Notes: generated from the letters alone by a model not told the origin. A stretch of 64,000 bases of DNA from Saccharospirillaceae bacterium (GCA_022448365.1 JAKVCS010000004.1:544458-608457), one strand, 5' to 3'; counted from the first letter of the stretch, positions 10,709-19,633 are shown. Made by a program: numbers and translations.

Positions 10709-11646
10709 GATGACTCTCCGGTCTGGCGACCTTCAGCGAGAATGTGCTTTGGCACGGGATTCAGACTGTGAATAATGCCGAGCCAACTCATTACCTTGAG
10801 TACGTAGTAGGTAATGTCAATCTGCCACCAATAAAACCCCTGACGCGCGGATACCGCAAACCGGTGATGATTGTTGTGCCAGCCTTCACCCAGTGTCAGC
10901 AGTGCCAGGAAAGCGTTGTTACGACTTTGATCTTTGGTTTTGAAGCGTTTGGTCCCCCAGATATGGCCTAAAGAATTAATGGCGACAGTCGAGTGAAACA
11001 ACATCACGGTAGACACGAAAAATCCCCATATCACCAATTGAAAACCGTTGGTGTTTAAGCCGGGGGAAAAATAGGCAGCCAATTCCCCAGCCAGATACAG
11101 CAAAGCAATCAAGAGCAACGGTGCAAAGCTGTCGAAGCGATCCAGCCAGCGAAGTTCTGGAAAGCGGGAAAAATCTTTAATACGACGATACTGAGTTTTG
11201 AAGCTGGCATCACAGGTAAACCAACCGACATGGCTCCACCAGAAACCACGTTGTACGGGGGAGTGTAAATCGCCCTCTTTGTCAGAGTGCTGGTGGTGTG
11301 CCCGATGGTGCGCCGCCCACCACAATGGTCCGCGTTGTGCTGCCATATTGCCTAACAACGCAAAAATAAACTGCCAGAACCGATTGGTTTTATACGAGCG
11401 GTGGGAAAAGTAGCGGTGATAAAACGCGGTAATCGCAAACTGCCGCAACCAATATAATGCCAGGCAGGTAACAATCGCGGTGGTGCTGCTATCGATAAAA
11501 AAGGCCATCAGTGCCACGACATGGAGAGTAAGAAATGGAATAACTCTGACCCAATTAAATTGGGTTGAGTTCATTTCTTCCTGTTCTGCAGCGGTTGAAT
11601 CGAACCAGCGTACGACATTGCGCCAGGGGGATAATTTCGTGTCCAT
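10705..11646 (-). CDS. Acyl-CoA (delta-9-type) fatty acid desaturase
   Basis: Three His boxes (HRYFSH, HRAHH, HNNHH) plus GEGWHNNHH and hydrophobic helices. Confidence 0.92.
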   Translation of the reverse strand: MDTKLSPWRNVVRWFDSTAAEQEEMNSTQFNWVRVIPFLTLHVVALMAFFIDSSTTAIVTCLALYWLRQFAITAFYHRYFSHRSYKTNRFWQFIFALLGNMAAQRGPLWWAAHHRAHHQHSDKEGDLHSPVQRGFWWSHVGWFTCDASFKTQYRRIKDFSRFPELRWLDRFDSFAPLLLIALLYLAGELAAYFSPGLNTNGFQLVIWGFFVSTVMLFHSTVAINSLGHIWGTKRFKTKDQSRNNAFLALLTLGEGWHNNHHRFAVSARQGFYWWQIDITYYVLKVMSWLGIIHSLNPVPKHILAEGRQTGESS

Positions 11647-13208
11647 CAGGCTTTCTCACTGCTGACTGCGCCAGCTCCGGTTAGAGTAAATAAATCCGTT
11701 TCGGGCGTTGCCTCATCAACTCCTGGTTGGGTTAACAGGCCTTCACCTTTAAATGCTGCCAGTGCTCTTAATCGCGCGAATTTATGCTCTACAATTTCAT
11801 TGGCATAGCCACACTGACTGCGTTGAATGGCATTTGGCTGGTGTCTTGCTTTGATTGGTAATGTCGCCAGTTCAGGAACAAATTGCGCAATAAATTCACC
11901 ATCAGGATCGAACTTCTGAGATTGCGTAATTGGATTAAAAATACGGAAGTAAGGGGCACCATCGGCGCCGGTCGATGCGCTCCATTGCCAACCGCCGTTA
12001 TTAGAGGCCAGATCAAAATCCACCAGATGACTGGCAAACCAGCTTTCGCCCCAGCGCCAGTCAATCAGTAGATGTTTGGTCAGGAACATGGCGCTGATCA
12101 TCCGCAGACGATTATGCATCCAGCCTGTTTCCAGCAATTGACGTTGTGCCGCATCGACAATTGGGTAACCGGTTTTTCCCTGGCACCAGGCATCAAAATC
12201 AGTTTTGCTGTATCGCCACGGAACCGACTCTGTGTCTGGTTTGAATGCTTTGTGTTTGTTCAGGTCGGGAAAGGCTACCAGTAAATGACGGTAAAATTCA
12301 CGCCAGATAATTTCATTAATCCAACCGTTCAAACCGGGTTCACCGTCGGTCAGCATACAAGCATTCATCTGCCAGGCACTGTATAAACACTGGCGTCCAC
12401 TGAGTAAGCCGAGGCTGAGATAACAGGATAAGCGGCTGGTGGCTGGTTTTGCCGGAAAGTCTCGCCAATTGTGATAATCGCTCGCCCTTTGCTGTAAAAA
12501 GTTCTGCAATTGCTGATGCGCCAGTTCTTCATTAATTGGCCAGAGCGAATCGACTACTTCTTCTACGCCTGCTTCATCGCCCAGCTTCTCTGCGGAGATT
12601 TGCGATACAAGCAGGTTGACCGCAGTTTCGGCTTCTTTTGTTACAAAATGGTTAGACGTTATTTGGGCTGGTTTATTAAGCGGTGGCTGCTGAAACTGGG
12701 GGAAGTGTTGACACCAGGCTTTGCGGAAGGGGGAGTACACTTTAAACATCTGTTGTTGTTTATTGAGTACTTGCCCCGGAGGAATAATACACTGGTCGTG
12801 ATAACAGAACAGCTGAGGTGAAAAAGCTCGGTTATTATCAGCCCAATGATTCAGCGCCATGTCGCGATTGATTTCATTAATCTCGTATTCGTAATTAAAG
12901 TACAGCTGATCAATTTTAAGGTCGGTACAGAGCGTTTGCAGTGCTTGGGTGTTGTCGCTGAAAGTATCGCTGTCGATGATTAACAGCGGAATATTCAGTG
13001 CCTGAAGCTGTTGCTCAAGATGCTTCATCGCATTAATGGTAAGCTGAATCAGGCGGTCGCCCATACCATGCTGGCGCCACTGTTTGCGACAAATAAAACT
13101 GACCGCAATAACGTCGATATGCTGGCCATCATTCCCCTGGCACGCATGCCACAGGGCAGGATTGTCATGTACGCGCAAGTCACGGCGGAACCAAACCATG
13201 CGTTTCAT
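11646..13208 (-). CDS. phrB: Class I CPD DNA photolyase
   Basis: WFRRDLRVHDNPAL, TSRLSCYL, WINEIIWREFY, GWMHNRLRM and DFDLASNNGGWQW motifs. Confidence 0.93.
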   Translation of the reverse strand: MKRMVWFRRDLRVHDNPALWHACQGNDGQHIDVIAVSFICRKQWRQHGMGDRLIQLTINAMKHLEQQLQALNIPLLIIDSDTFSDNTQALQTLCTDLKIDQLYFNYEYEINEINRDMALNHWADNNRAFSPQLFCYHDQCIIPPGQVLNKQQQMFKVYSPFRKAWCQHFPQFQQPPLNKPAQITSNHFVTKEAETAVNLLVSQISAEKLGDEAGVEEVVDSLWPINEELAHQQLQNFLQQRASDYHNWRDFPAKPATSRLSCYLSLGLLSGRQCLYSAWQMNACMLTDGEPGLNGWINEIIWREFYRHLLVAFPDLNKHKAFKPDTESVPWRYSKTDFDAWCQGKTGYPIVDAAQRQLLETGWMHNRLRMISAMFLTKHLLIDWRWGESWFASHLVDFDLASNNGGWQWSASTGADGAPYFRIFNPITQSQKFDPDGEFIAQFVPELATLPIKARHQPNAIQRSQCGYANEIVEHKFARLRALAAFKGEGLLTQPGVDEATPETDLFTLTGAGAVSSEKA

Positions 13209-14137
13209 TATTGTTGACCTCGCGGCAGTTCGGGGGATGCATCAGAAAATGCACCGTTGGCGGTGATGTAGGTTTTTATCCGTTCTGAAAAATCGCCGTT
13301 TAAATAATGTAAATGTTGCGGCGATGAGTCACTGGCCTGCGTACCAGAAACAAAAAATCGATATTGAGGATTATCGTCTACACAGTTCAGCCAGCGTTGG
13401 TGGTCACTCTGGAAGCCAGGTGACAAATGCAGCCAGATCTTTTTGCAATTCAGCTGCTCGCTGGCTTGCAGAATATCGGCTGGCGTCAGTTCATAACCAA
13501 AATATTCGATGTGGAACGATGCCGCGCCCAGTGCGTAGGCAACAGCGAGTAACTCCAGCTCGGCGTCAACATGATTGGCAACCAGCAGTAACACATCACC
13601 CTGATTGTGTTTCTGTTGATGCTGAATATAGTTGAGTAACTTACGTTTAAAATGCTGGATAAAAACCTGTTGGTGCAGGTGGGAATATTGTCGCAGAGTG
13701 AAGAGTACTGGCGTCAGGCATCGTTGGTAATAAACCGCCATCGGGTAGTTGGCCAGTGCTTCATTCCATAAACTGTCGAGTAATGGCAGGTTCAGATTTT
13801 CGATACCATCAAGCAATTGCTGCTGTTGCATTTGCCATTCATCGTTGGTGTTATCCAGGCTGGATTTAATATTGTCATTCAGCAATAACTTAACCTGGCG
13901 AATCGGGTAACCCTGATCAAGCCAGTAGAGGATGTGTTCAACCTGCTTAATATCCTCGTCGTTGTAAAAACGATGTCCTTTGTCGGTTCGTTGTGGCTGG
14001 ACAATACCGTAACGACGCTCCCAGGCTCGTAAGGTCGCTGGGTTAACGCCAGTCAGCCGGGCAAATTCGCGGATCGGATATAAGCCGGAAAATGAGCGTT
14101 GTATGGTCATGGTGTGTACATCGTTATCAGATGGCAT
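13208..14137 (-). CDS. MerR-family regulator of the CarH/LitR/MlrA type with a degenerate cobalamin-binding-like C-terminal domain (alternative start 14110)
   Basis: HTH YPIREFARLTGVNPATLRAWERRYG...GHRFY. The C-terminal LAVAYAL...IEYFGYELT segment aligns with the CarH Rossmann domain but lacks ExHxxG. Confidence 0.88.
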   Translation of the reverse strand: MPSDNDVHTMTIQRSFSGLYPIREFARLTGVNPATLRAWERRYGIVQPQRTDKGHRFYNDEDIKQVEHILYWLDQGYPIRQVKLLLNDNIKSSLDNTNDEWQMQQQQLLDGIENLNLPLLDSLWNEALANYPMAVYYQRCLTPVLFTLRQYSHLHQQVFIQHFKRKLLNYIQHQQKHNQGDVLLLVANHVDAELELLAVAYALGAASFHIEYFGYELTPADILQASEQLNCKKIWLHLSPGFQSDHQRWLNCVDDNPQYRFFVSGTQASDSSPQHLHYLNGDFSERIKTYITANGAFSDASPELPRGQQ

Positions 14138-15104
14138 TGCGCAGGCCCAGCTGATAAGGGTATGGGTTTAAGTACACCTGCATGTTGGCGTAGTGCTGTT
14201 GTTGCTGGTGACTGAGATGATGTTTCAGCAAGGTCAATGGCACAATTAGAGGGACAATTCCCTGGTGATAGTGCTGAATCAGATCGGTAAGCTCTTGCTT
14301 GTCGCCGGAACTGAGGCAGTTCTTCAGGTAACCCTGTAAGTGCATTAACGTATTGGTATTCATTTTACGAGACGCCGGTTTAGCAAGGGCAGCCATCAAC
14401 TGCTTAAAGTATTCTTCGGCTATTGTGTGCAGCTTTGCTTTGCTGAGGTCGGACAGTAGATGGCCAAGGCTTTTGTAGTACTGCTGGCTGTGGGCCATAA
14501 CCAGGTACTTGTATCGCGCATGAAATCCGATCAGATCTTTGGCGCTGAAGTCACTGGCCAAAAACTGTTGCCAATCGTGATATGCAAATACCCTGACCAG
14601 GAAGTTTTCACGTAAACCCGGATCATTCAATCGCCCAGCTTCCTCGACCGGCAGCAGTGGCTGTTTTTTACAGAATTCTTCAGCGTACAAACCGCGGGCG
14701 GTGCCTTCCGGCATGCCGTTATCCAAATAACGCTTCACACCAAACAAGCCGCAGCTTGGGCTTTTCTGCATAAAGATGTAACCGCACAGATTTTTGTGCT
14801 GCTCACCCTGCTCCTGACCGTAAGCGCGCAACTGATCACTGACATCAAGCTCAGTGTCACGGGTACCACGGGCAAAAACATTGGTTGTGTCTTTTGATTC
14901 GCCGACCAGCCGAATTGGTTGCCTCGGTGTGCCCATACCAATGGCGACTTCGGGGCAAAGCGGTACATAGTCAAAATACTCGGCCAACACATCGGTGCAG
15001 AATCGCGAGCGCTTATGACCACCATCAAATCGTACTTTTTGGCCCATCAGGCAGGCACTGATGCCAATCGGGATTTTCACGCTGCTGGTGTGTTGCTCGC
15101 TCAT
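14127..15104 (-). CDS. ybgA: DUF523-DUF1722 fusion (YbgA / RudS-like thiouracil or s4U desulfidase)
   Basis: GISACLMG, RFDGGHK, CPEVAIGMGTPR, KSPSCG and EEAGRLNDPGLRENF motifs, then DUF1722 FHARYKYLVMAHS; RBS GAGG precedes ATG 15104. Confidence 0.92.
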   Translation of the reverse strand: MSEQHTSSVKIPIGISACLMGQKVRFDGGHKRSRFCTDVLAEYFDYVPLCPEVAIGMGTPRQPIRLVGESKDTTNVFARGTRDTELDVSDQLRAYGQEQGEQHKNLCGYIFMQKSPSCGLFGVKRYLDNGMPEGTARGLYAEEFCKKQPLLPVEEAGRLNDPGLRENFLVRVFAYHDWQQFLASDFSAKDLIGFHARYKYLVMAHSQQYYKSLGHLLSDLSKAKLHTIAEEYFKQLMAALAKPASRKMNTNTLMHLQGYLKNCLSSGDKQELTDLIQHYHQGIVPLIVPLTLLKHHLSHQQQQHYANMQVYLNPYPYQLGLRNAI

Positions 15105-15117
15105 CTTCTCTACCTCG

Positions 15118-15220
15118 TTGTACATTGACGTTGTACATCTCTGTATAAGAAAAATTTAGCGGTATCAGGTTGTATCTGTCAAAGGTTTTGTACAAGAAAA
15201 GTGTAAAGTTGTATAAGAAA
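15118..15220 (-). promoter_or_regulatory. Sigma70-like promoter of the ybgA-merR-phrB operon with clustered TnnACA operator repeats
   Basis: Minus strand has TTGACA (15177-15182), an 18-bp spacer and TAAATT (15153-15158). TTTCTTRTACA occurs three times (plus-strand TGTA at 15142, 15189, 15210), with further TGTACA at 15119 and 15132. Confidence 0.65.
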
Positions 15221-15248
15221 TGGTTGTGGCTGCGAAAGATACGGATAT

Positions 15249-15286
15249 AAAAAAGCTGCACAGCCGAAGAGGGTGGCTGTGCAGCT
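15249..15286 (-). terminator. Rho-independent terminator after the small CbiX gene
   Basis: 12-bp stem AGCTGCACAGCC/GGCTGTGCAGCT followed by a U-run on the minus strand. Confidence 0.85.
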
Positions 15287-15328
15287 GAAAGCCATAGAGC
15301 GCTATCGACCGATCATACCGATCAGCAG

Positions 15329-15712
15329 TTAGCTTAGCTGGCGTATAACAACCTGACTGATTGCGCTGGCAACTTCAGGTTCCAGACCAATTGGTGTGTG
15401 CAGATCAAGTTCACAAGAGAATCCCTGTTGCTGCAGCTTGTGTTTGACGGCATCCAGCATTTCCGGCACGTCTTTGCGCAGGTGGCGCCCTGCAGCAAAG
15501 AATAGTGGCAGAATATCGATGTGCTGATGGCCGGACTTAACTAAGTCGATCACGGCGTCTTCCAGCATCGGCTCGGCCAGCTCCATGTAAGCCAGCTGCA
15601 GCGGTGTACCGGCAGGCAATTGCTGAGCAATACTGTGTGTCAGCTGGTCAAAAGGCTCGAGCCAATGAGGGTCGGAGCTGCCATGGGCGAGCAATACAGT
15701 TGCTTTTTTCAC
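15329..15712 (-). CDS. Small single-domain CbiX/SirB-type sirohydrochlorin chelatase
   Basis: VLLAHGSSDP, LAYMELAEP and ILPLFFAAGRHLRKDVP, with both catalytic His residues present; 127 aa. Confidence 0.88.
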   Translation of the reverse strand: MKKATVLLAHGSSDPHWLEPFDQLTHSIAQQLPAGTPLQLAYMELAEPMLEDAVIDLVKSGHQHIDILPLFFAAGRHLRKDVPEMLDAVKHKLQQQGFSCELDLHTPIGLEPEVASAISQVVIRQLS

Positions 15713-15727
15713 CTGAGAATTCCCCGG

Positions 15728-16720
15728 TCAGTTATTGATAAATTGCAGCGCGGCCTTCTGGCCACTGAGCCAGGCGCCTTCAACAGCCCCCCGATCAACC
15801 CAGTCTCCACAAACGGCCAGCTGCTGTTGCTCGTCAACCAGTGCGCCCTTGTGCAGTGGCTGTTCAGCGATTGCGTAAAGCCAGCGGTGCAGCCAGCTCT
15901 CTGTCGGGGTGATGACATCACTTTGCATTACCTCGAAAAAGGCATCCAGCATTTGTTGTTGTATACCATCACGCGGGGCTTCCGAGTGAGTACGCGTCCA
16001 ATCATGATCAGCATGCACCACCCAGGTGGTCAGGTTCTGATCCCGCTCAGGCTTACTGGAATTCTGTGAAACCCAATCGATAATCGGATGTTTCACAAAC
16101 GCCCCTTTGATGTCGTTTGCCGTGGCGTTACTGAGGCGTTGATCGAATGCCAACAGCAAGGTAAATGTCGGCATCAGGTCAACATCGCATTGCGCTGCCA
16201 GCTCAGGTGCAATGTCCTGCAGCAGTGGCTGCGCCTGCAGTGGTGGGGTATTGATAATCAAACCATCGAAGCCATCGAACTGATTACCTATGTCGTCTTC
16301 GAGGTGCCAGCTCTGGTCGCTCCGGCGGCATTGCAATATGCGTGTACTGGCGTGGAACTGATCGGCGCACGCCAGCAGTTTGCGGCTGAGTGCAGTCATG
16401 CGACTGACACCGACGTAACGCTCAACATCATCCGGGGATTCGTGAATGCCCTCGTCATTGATGACATGCGGCTGGAAATCCCAGTGCTGAATCCATCCTT
16501 CCTGTTGCCATTGAAGCAGCGCTTGTTTAAATCCCTCATCGTGGCTGCGCATGAACTGAGCGCCCATGTCCCAACTGGCATCACCCACTTTTTTAGTGGC
16601 CAGGCGACCACCAGAACCACGGCTCTTGTCAAATATTGTGACTTGATGACCGTGTTCTTTCAGTCGCTGCAGAGCGCTGAGACCCGCCATACCAGCACCT
16701 ACAATCGCAATGTGTGCCAT
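15728..16720 (-). CDS. Renalase-like NAD(P)/FAD-dependent oxidoreductase (COG3380)
   Basis: IAIVGAGMAGL, FDKSRGSGGRLATK, WDMGAQF, HRWLYA and CGDW motifs; RBS AAGGA precedes ATG 16720. Confidence 0.92.
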   Translation of the reverse strand: MAHIAIVGAGMAGLSALQRLKEHGHQVTIFDKSRGSGGRLATKKVGDASWDMGAQFMRSHDEGFKQALLQWQQEGWIQHWDFQPHVINDEGIHESPDDVERYVGVSRMTALSRKLLACADQFHASTRILQCRRSDQSWHLEDDIGNQFDGFDGLIINTPPLQAQPLLQDIAPELAAQCDVDLMPTFTLLLAFDQRLSNATANDIKGAFVKHPIIDWVSQNSSKPERDQNLTTWVVHADHDWTRTHSEAPRDGIQQQMLDAFFEVMQSDVITPTESWLHRWLYAIAEQPLHKGALVDEQQQLAVCGDWVDRGAVEGAWLSGQKAALQFINN

Positions 16721-16739
16721 AGGATGAGATTCCTTAAAC

Positions 16740-16825
16740 TTGTACAACAAAATGTTAATTCTACATTGGCTGGCAAGTGTATCTTGATTTGTTGTATAGT
16801 CCAAATGTTGTATAACATTTGTATA
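16740..16825. promoter_or_regulatory. Divergent promoter region with TTGTAYA repeats and an inverted repeat
   Basis: TTGTACA at 16740; TTGTATA at 16792, 16808 and 16819 (last two 11 bp apart); AAATGTT-gtat-AACATTT at 16803-16820. Confidence 0.6.
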
Positions 16826-16862
16826 GTTAATGAAGCTCAATGCTGATGACGAGGATAAAAGC

Positions 16863-18632
16863 ATGACTTATAAGGCGCCCCTGCGCGATATGCAATTCGC
16901 ATTGTACGAAGTACTGAACGGTGATCAGGTACTGCCATCACTACCGGGTTTCGAAGATTCAACCCGTGAAATCATGGACGCTGTGCTCACCGAAGGTGCA
17001 AAGCTGGCTGAAAATGTGATGGCTCCGCTGAACATGCCGGGTGACCGTGAGGGTTGTCAGTACGATCCAGAAACCAAAGCCGTTACTACCCCGAAAGGTT
17101 TCCGTGAGGCTTATCAACAGTTCGCTGAAAACGGCTGGACGGCGCTTTCTTCACCAGTGGAATACGGCGGTCAGGGTTTACCTCACACGCTGAATACACT
17201 GGCGGAAGAGATGGTGTGCTCTGCTAACTTGTCACTGGGCATGTATCCGGGCCTGACTCACGGTGCAATCAACGCGCTGTTGAGCTACGGCTCTGATGAA
17301 CTGAAAAACAGATTCCTGCCAAAGCTGATCAGTGGCGAGTGGACCGGCACCATGTGTCTGACCGAGCCTCACTGCGGTACTGACCTGGGTCTGATCCGCA
17401 CCAAAGCTGAGCCTCAGGCTGATGGTTCTCACGCTATTTCTGGTACCAAGATCTGGATCACCGGTGGTGAACACGATCTGGCCGACAACATCGTCCACCT
17501 GGTGCTGGCAAAACTGCCGGATGCTCCGGGCGGTTCGAAAGGTATTTCACTGTTCCTGGTACCTAAGTTCCTGGAAGACGGTAGCCGTAACCCAGCGTTC
17601 TGTGGCGGTTTGGAACATAAAATGGGTATTAAAGGTTCAGCAACGTGTGTGATGAACTTCGAGCAAGCCAAAGGCTGGTTAATTGGTGAGCCACATAAAG
17701 GTTTGCAGGCAATGTTCGTGATGATGAACAGTGCTCGTCTGATGGTTGGTCTGCAGGGTCTGGGTATTGCCGAAGCTGCTTATCAGACGTCGCTGGAATT
17801 TGCTAAAGACCGCCGTCAGTCGCGTTCTCTGGCCGGTCCACAGGAACCCGATCAGGCTGCCGATTGCATCATTGTCCACCCGGATGTTCGGCGTATGTTG
17901 TTGCGTCAGAAAGTAACCATTGAAGGCGGTCGTGCAATGGCGTACTTCACTGCTATGCAGTTGGATGTGTCTCAGCACGGTGAAACGGCGGAAGATCGTG
18001 AACACGCAGACGATATGGTTCAGCTGTTAACGCCTGTAGTAAAAGCCTTCCTGACCGATGAGGGTTTCTTCTGCGCCAATGATGGCCTTCAGTTGATGGG
18101 TGGTAATGGCTTCACTCAGGACTGGCCGGTAGAGCAGTACGTACGTGACTCACGTATTACCCGTATTTACGAAGGTACTAACGGTATCCAGGCACTGGAT
18201 CTGGTAGGCCGTAAACTGGGTATGGCTGGCGGTCGTCCGCTGAAACGCTTCTTGGCGATGCTGGAAAGCTACTGTAAGGAGAACGAAGGCGCACCGCACA
18301 TTGGCGAAGTAAAAGCTGCCATGGCGAAACTGCAGAAAGCGACCATGTGGCTGATGCAGAACGGTATGACCGACCGCGAACAAGCGGGTTCTGCAGCAAC
18401 GCCATACCTGCGCTTGATGGCATTAACGTCGCTGGCGTATTTCTGGAGCCGTATGGCACTGACTGCGCGCGAGCAGCTCGACAATGGCACCACCGAGACT
18501 GATTTCTATCAGGCTAAACTGAACAGTGCTGAGTTCTACATGGCGAAAATTTTGCCACAGACCAGCGGGCTGATGAGCGAAATTGAATCGGGCAAAGACA
18601 GCCTGATGGCAATGACCATGGCCCAGTTCTGA
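16863..18632 (+). CDS. Acyl-CoA dehydrogenase (long ~590-aa class)
   Basis: MTYKAPLRDM, WTGTMCLTEPHCGTDLG, GTKIWITGGEHD, EHKMGIKGSATC and IYEGTNGIQALDL motifs; RBS GAGG. Confidence 0.95.
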   Translation: MTYKAPLRDMQFALYEVLNGDQVLPSLPGFEDSTREIMDAVLTEGAKLAENVMAPLNMPGDREGCQYDPETKAVTTPKGFREAYQQFAENGWTALSSPVEYGGQGLPHTLNTLAEEMVCSANLSLGMYPGLTHGAINALLSYGSDELKNRFLPKLISGEWTGTMCLTEPHCGTDLGLIRTKAEPQADGSHAISGTKIWITGGEHDLADNIVHLVLAKLPDAPGGSKGISLFLVPKFLEDGSRNPAFCGGLEHKMGIKGSATCVMNFEQAKGWLIGEPHKGLQAMFVMMNSARLMVGLQGLGIAEAAYQTSLEFAKDRRQSRSLAGPQEPDQAADCIIVHPDVRRMLLRQKVTIEGGRAMAYFTAMQLDVSQHGETAEDREHADDMVQLLTPVVKAFLTDEGFFCANDGLQLMGGNGFTQDWPVEQYVRDSRITRIYEGTNGIQALDLVGRKLGMAGGRPLKRFLAMLESYCKENEGAPHIGEVKAAMAKLQKATMWLMQNGMTDREQAGSAATPYLRLMALTSLAYFWSRMALTAREQLDNGTTETDFYQAKLNSAEFYMAKILPQTSGLMSEIESGKDSLMAMTMAQF

Positions 18633-18673
18633 TCGTGTCAGACTGCAGTTGCTGAAGCCATGAGGAGACGATT

Positions 18674-19588
18674 ATGAGTAAAACAATTCTGATTACCGGA
18701 GGAACCGGCTTTATCGGCCAGCGTCTGGTGGATGACTGGGTCACTGAAGGTCATCATGTTGTTGTTTATAGTCGTCGCCCTGAGTGGGTGAAGCGGCGTT
18801 GGGGAGGTCGTGTTGATGCGGCCTCTTCACTGGCGACGCTGAACCAGCGCTTTGACTGGCTGGTCAATCTGGCCGGTGAAGGCATTGCTGATAAACGCTG
18901 GAGTGATAAGCGCAAACAGCAGCTGCGCCAGTCTCGTATCGATCTCTCCAGAGATCTGTTGCAATGGGCAAAGGACAGTCGCCAAGCCTTTGATCTTGTA
19001 TTGTCGGGTTCCGCCATCGGTTTTTATGGCTCTCACCTGGATGACGAACAGCAGGGAGCCGGGTATACCGAACAATCGGCTAATGGCGCCGGTTTTGCCT
19101 CGCAGCTGTGCCGGGACTGGGAGACAGTCGCCCATGAATTTGAAACTCTGTGCGAGCGCCTGGTTATTTTACGAACCGGTGTGGTATTGGGACAACACGG
19201 CGGCATGCTAGCTCGGCTGTGGTTGCCATTCAGCCTCGCCTTGGGCGGTGTTATTGGCAGTGGTCAGCAAGTTCTTTCCTGGATTCATCTCGACGATTAT
19301 CGTCGTGCCGTGCATTTTATCAGTAACAACGCTGTAGCGGGGCCGGTCAATATGACTTCGCCACAGGCAGTCACTAACCGCCAATTCACCAAAACACTCG
19401 GACGGGTTATGTCACGCCCAACGATTGCTCCGATGCCGGGTTTTGTTGCGGAGATGTTGTTTGGTGAGATGTCGGAGTTGTTGCTTGAAGGCCAGCGAGT
19501 GTTACCTCAACAATTACTCAGTCAGGGTTTTGTGTACGACTATGCTGACATTCACGACGCTTTGCGGGAAATTCATACTCATTGGTGA
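18674..19588 (+). CDS. TIGR01777-family NAD-dependent epimerase/oxidoreductase (YfcH-like)
   Basis: ILITGGTGFIG, VNLAGEGIADKRWS, SGSAIGFYG, LRTGVVLG and LSWIHLDD motifs. Confidence 0.93.
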   Translation: MSKTILITGGTGFIGQRLVDDWVTEGHHVVVYSRRPEWVKRRWGGRVDAASSLATLNQRFDWLVNLAGEGIADKRWSDKRKQQLRQSRIDLSRDLLQWAKDSRQAFDLVLSGSAIGFYGSHLDDEQQGAGYTEQSANGAGFASQLCRDWETVAHEFETLCERLVILRTGVVLGQHGGMLARLWLPFSLALGGVIGSGQQVLSWIHLDDYRRAVHFISNNAVAGPVNMTSPQAVTNRQFTKTLGRVMSRPTIAPMPGFVAEMLFGEMSELLLEGQRVLPQQLLSQGFVYDYADIHDALREIHTHW

Positions 19589-19633
19589 TGGACCAAGCGC
19601 GTAAAGTGATTACAAGTCCAGTGACCGGTGACT

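Noticed and set aside
13208-14137. Direct B12-photoreceptor link between the MerR protein and the nearby cob operon
   Set aside because: The cobalt-ligating His and Gly are substituted, so proximity alone is not evidence.
16088-16846. 252-aa plus-strand ORF
   Set aside because: Antisense shadow of the well-supported renalase gene, with no recognisable motifs.
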